Shown here: positions 58,671 to 64,000 of the stretch, in pieces
Position numbering within the stretch: position 1 is the first letter of the stretch
How the letters are laid out: each line of letters begins with the position of its first letter
Source: the human T2T-CHM13v2.0 reference genome, Homo sapiens
Direction: 5' to 3' (one strand)
Assembly: GCF_009914755.1 (NCBI RefSeq)
Contig: NC_060927.1
DNA length: 64,000 nt
Translations under genes and position numbers: made by a program
The notes under the pieces: generated by a model
What the model saw: only the letters and a program-made list of their open reading frames with translations
The model's database searches: none
Told to the model about the DNA's origin: nothing

Positions 58671-59283
58671 AATGATTTTTTTTAAGGGAGTAAAAATCTA
58701 TGTACTGTATTAGTACCTGGAATAAGACCTGGAATAGACTGGTGAGGAAAGGATGGTTTTTGGTGTTACCTGGATCAGCCCAAGTTTACATCCTGTCTTT
58801 GCTGTTTGCTGACTGAAAGATCTATTAAAGTTAACTTTTCAGTCTCAGGTTTTCTCATTTGTAAAATGAGAAATTTTTGAAGTTTTGGGGATTACCAGTA
58901 AGAAGGCATGTACATCTCTAGTGTGGTACCTTGCACGTAGTAGGTGCTAACTAAGTTATTAGGGACAGGCTTGGAAGAGGGGAGGGGCTGCTCCCCTTCC
59001 TCTTTTTAGGTCTTTGTGTGAGGGGAGGGGAACAGATGTACTATTATGTGGATTAGGGTCCTAGGGATGTTATCTCTGTGTCACTTTGCCTATTGAATTT
59101 ATGAAGGAAGGATTGATAGCTTCATTTTGCCTCCTATCCTGCTCTCTCTGGTTTGCTGTCTTCCTGAGACACTTCCTTATTTATTAGAGGCCATAGTAAC
59201 CATGTCCATTGTTATCCTGGGGCCTTATCCACAAACAACTTTCATATTGTTTTTAAATTAAATTCCAGAATTAGGTGTGTTTT

Positions 59284-59849
<566 letters not shown>

Positions 59850-60169
59850 TGAATAGCTGGGATTACAGGCATGTGCCACCACACCCAGCTAATACTTGTG
59901 TTTTTAGTAGAGATGAGGTTTCACCATGTTGGCCACGCTGGCCTGGAATGCCTGACCTCAAGTGATCTGCCCACCTTGGACTCCTAAAGTGCTGGGATTA
60001 CAGGCATGAACCACCACACCTGGCCCCAGTTGTTGAGAATTCTTAAGCACATTTTAGAGATTTATTTTATGTTTCAAGGCTTATATGGCTTAAAGGCATC
60101 GTTTTAGGGATTACTGGGAAGTATCTTCAAAGTAATACATGAGAAACATTCCTTCCTAAATCCTTTATT

Positions 60170-61035
60170 ATATTGAATATCGTATTAATTGGTTTTCAGA
60201 GGTTAAATTAACCATGTATTCCTGCAATAAATGTCACTTGTTTCTTGTATATAATCTTTTTTATATATTACCGGATTGATTCATTAGTATTTTGTTGAGG
60301 ATTTTTGTGTCTATATTCATAAGAGATGCTGGTCTGCAGTTTTCTTTTTTTGTGATAATCTGGTTTTTGTATCAGTAATACAGGCCCCATGAAACGAGTT
60401 GGGAAGTGTTCACCTCTCTTGTATTTTTTCAAGAGTTTGTGAAGAATTGCTATTAATTCTTTAAATGTTTGGTAGAATCTACCATTGAAATCATGTGTCC
60501 TGGGCTTTTTTTTGAGGGAAGTGTTCTGATAACTAATTCAGTATCTACTTTTTATAGCTCTGTTCAGATTTTGCTTCTTCCTGAGTTAGTTTTGGTAATT
60601 TGTGTATCTCTAGGAGTTTGTCCATTTCATTTATCTCATTTGTTGGCATAAATTAAACTAAATTTGGCCTGAGCCTACCTGTATATCTTGAGTCCCTCTG
60701 TAAGGAACTGTAGCCTAACTTGTACATAAACAAACTGAAATCCTAAATTAGGAATGTAGTTTTTGTAACAGCTCCTGAGTCTCAGGCAGTCACAGCAGTC
60801 AAGTCTGTCAATTGCAGGCTGCTAACTAAGCAGCCCATGCTCAAATGAGGCAAAAACCTTTGCTTTTAACACATAGTATAGCTTTGTAATCCTTTTCTGC
60901 ACACTCGGGTAATTTCTTCTTTTTCATTCCTGATTTTCATGATATGAGTCTTCTTTTTTCCCCTCTGTCAGTCTAGCTAATGGTTTGTCAATTTTGTTGA
61001 TCTTTTGAAGAACAAACCTTTGGTTCCACTTTCTT
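60170..61035 (-). mobile_element. L1 ORF2 fragment, interrupted at about 60651-60871 by a short ERV1-type LTR piece
   Basis: ttttgttgaggattttt...gagttgggaagtgttc...ttgaagaacaaacctttgg. The insert aaattaaactaaatttggcctgag...ttttaaca resembles the MER57/MER67 class. Confidence 0.65.
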
Positions 61036-61453
61036 GTTGCATATGCTGAGTATTCTCATAATTGGAGTGGAAAGCTGATCTTTGATTACTTATTTTACTT
61101 AGGGCTGAGGAGTTCATGGACTTCGCAAAACCTCCTTGAATCTAAATTGCATCTTCTTTCCTGGTTTCTGGGCTGATACATGTTTTTTCCCATCTTATAT
61201 ACCCTTGGTCTTTTCATTGGCGATTAAGACTAGAGAAAGTTAGATACCTTGTCCTTTTATGCTGTCATTTTGTTTAAAGGCTTTCTATGTAGTAAAACTA
61301 TCTATATAGACAAAATAGAGCCTTGAGTTGTGGTCTTGAATTTGATCAACATGATTTACCACATTCTGTACTGGATATTTCTTCACCTGCTGCTACTGTA
61401 AACCATTTTATTCTTGGATCTTCTGTAGAGTATATTATCACAGGTACTTTTTA

Positions 61454-61656
61454 CAGGGGTGTCTAATCTTTTGGCTTCCCTGGGCACATTGAAAGAAGAA
61501 GAATTGTCTTGGGCCACACATCAAATACGCTAACACTAATAATAGTTGATGAGCTAAAAAAAAAAAAAAAAAGCAAAAAAGTCTCATAATGTTTTAAGAA
61601 AGTTTATGAACTTGTGTTGGGCCTCATTCGAAGCCATCCTGGGCCACAGGTTGGAT
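61454..61656. mobile_element. MER30 copy with partly deleted 3' end
   Basis: Clearly similar to the 40646-40860 element. Confidence 0.85.
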
Positions 61657-64000
61657 GAATTTAATTGACCCAAAATCATAAGGGTTCTACTAACAGTTGT
61701 ACTTAACAGTATCTGGGAAGATAGAAACAGGGCCATCTGCCAGGTGTGGTGGCTCATGCCTGTAATCCCAGCACCTAGGAAGGCCGAGTAGGGTGGATTA
61801 CTTGAGGTCAGGAGTTCGAGACCAGCCTGGCCAACATGGTGAAACCCACCCCACCCCCGCTGTCTCTACTAAAAATATAAAAACTTAGCTAGGTATGTTG
61901 GCGGGCACCTGTAATCCCAGCTACTCAGGAGGCTGAGGCGGGAGAATCGCTTGAACCTGGGAGGTAGAGAGGTTCCAGTGAGCCAAGATTATGCCACTGC
62001 ACTCCAGCCTGGGCAACAAGAGTGAAACTCCATGTCAAAAAAAAAAAAAGAAACAGGGCCATCTGTCTTTGAGGCAGAGGGATTTACACCCTTGCTAAGA
62101 CACTAAAGTTTTTTGCTAAGGCACTAAACTTTTTAGGCCCTTCCCCCAGTATTACACATGAGAGATGATAATCAAGCCTTTGTTGCCTATGAGTGAAAAG
62201 GAATCTAAAAATCACTGAAATAAATAATAATAGTTTTTCAAGGAATTTCAAAGAAGTTTTTTCACATGGGAAAGGACTGCTAGGCTGGATGTGGTGGCTC
62301 ACACCTGTAATCCCGGCAATTTGGGAGGCTGCAGCAGGAGGAATGCTTGAACCCAGGAGTTGGAGACCAGTGTGGGCAACATAGTGAGACCCTGTCTCTA
62401 CCAAAAAAAAAAAAAAAATTAGCCAGGTGTGGTGGTGTGCACCTGTGGTCCCAAGCTACTTAAGAGGCTTAAGTAGGAAGATTTTTTGATCCCAGGAGGT
62501 CGAGGTTGCAGTGAGCCATGACTGCGCCACCGCACTCCACCCTTGGTGACAGAGCAAGACCCTATCTCAAAAAAAAAAGAAAAAAGTCTGCTGGTTGTTG
62601 TTGGAAATAATCAGTCACAGTGGCATGCTGCCTAACATGCTAAATCCTCACCTGGAAGACTTTAGGACTTTCGGTCAAATCATGCTGTGATTTGACCCTT
62701 GAGGCACCCTTGCTGTTTCAGTCATGGAAGTAGTAGATAAAACTTAAAAAACATTGAGACATGTATCTGAGTTCACAAACAAGGTAAACATCTCCTTGGG
62801 CTGAGAGGGAATGAATCCTTGGTCCTAGAGGGTTTGGGGTTGGGACAAAGGCAGCCATTTTCAACTAGGGTTTTGTGAGAGAATTAAGCCCTATGGAAAA
62901 TGATTTGAGTAACTGCAGTTTTTAATTCTTCCAAGTATGGTATGAAACTAGTACCATGCTATATATACACAGTAGATACATTAATTCATTGTATACAGGC
63001 ATTTGGATTTAATTTTCTCTTTGAACTCTGGTTGAGAAGGACTGGAAATGTTCTATACAGAGGAGATTTTGTGTTACAAGCTGAGAGCTAATGTGGGGCT
63101 CCTAGCACTGGTGAAAGGAAGTTGAAAAAAGCTGTCACTAACTGCTGCCTAGAGCTCTCAGTGGTCCATTATGGGAAACTGCTGTCCTTAGGGAGGCCTC
63201 ATGACCAAGAATCGAATCCAGCCTCACATTATCTTAGTGATTGAGTTTGTGATAACCCCTATATTGCCATAAGGTAAGAAACCTGAACCAAGGCCTTGGG
63301 TATCAGATTGGCTGGATAAGGAGGGATGAGCACAGAAGGAAGGACAAAGATAATACCTTTTTCAAGATGAGCCTGTAAATGAAAATTCTAAAATAAATGC
63401 TAAGAAGGCCACCAGTAAAAACAGAGATTAAGACATATTTACTCCAGATGAAATTAAAGTAATACAACAGTCTGGAAATTACTTTAAAACAACTTTCTTC
63501 CATAAGAAAAAGGAAGTAATAATTTTCTTAAAAAGAACAGAAAATTGTAGAAGAAAAAGAGGCCAAAACAAAACTAGACTAGATGGATACGAAAAATAAC
63601 TAATTAGAAATCCTGGAAATTGGCCGGGCGTGGTGGCTCACGCCTGTAATCTCAGCACTTTGGGAGGCCAAGGCGGGCAGATCACTTGAGGCCAGGAGTT
63701 CAAGACCAGCCTGGCCAACATGGCAAAACCCCATCTCTACTAATAATACAAAAATTAGCTGGGTGTGGTGGCACATACCTGTTATCCCAGCTACTCGGGA
63801 GGCTGAATGAGGCAGGAGAATTAGTTGAACGCGGGAGGTGGAGGTTGCAGTGAGCTGAGATGGCACCACTTCCTGGGTGACAGAGTGAGACTCCCATCTC
63901 AAAAAAAAGAAAAAAATCCTGGAAATGAAAAAAAAATTGATGTAAACATGTAAATCACAATAAAACTCAGACTGATGCCAGTTAAAGAGAAAATTATAGA

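Overview
Primate (human-like) genomic DNA that is very rich in Alu and other interspersed repeats. The only protein-coding gene I recognise is GOLGA4 (golgin-245/p230) on the + strand. It has a CpG-island promoter at about 44.3-45.7 kb, coding exon 1 at 44951-45022 (MFKKLKQKISEEQQQLQQALAPAQ) and exon 2 at 52795-52884; intron 2 runs off the end of the window. The 44 kb upstream holds a deleted HERV-H provirus (6645-11260) with a tRNA-Phe-like primer binding site and a scarred 5' LTR, a MER52 LTR, an intact solo LTR12C pointing toward GOLGA4, MLT/LTR16 elements, hAT MITEs, L1/L2/MIR fragments and roughly 50 Alu pieces. Most ORFs in the supplied track are repeat-derived artefacts. The most intriguing unexplained signal is a chain of minus-strand exon-like segments in the unique DNA between positions 94 and 24595. 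They have near-consensus splice sites and mostly compatible reading phases, and two are split by Alu insertions. This may be a decayed multi-exon gene (unitary pseudogene) or a spliced lncRNA. It was found by eye and needs cross-species checking. Other points of interest are a GOLGA4 uORF, a possible Met35-initiated isoform lacking the vesicle-capture motif, a 3'UTR-like intronic poly(A) segment, and several template-switch scars.
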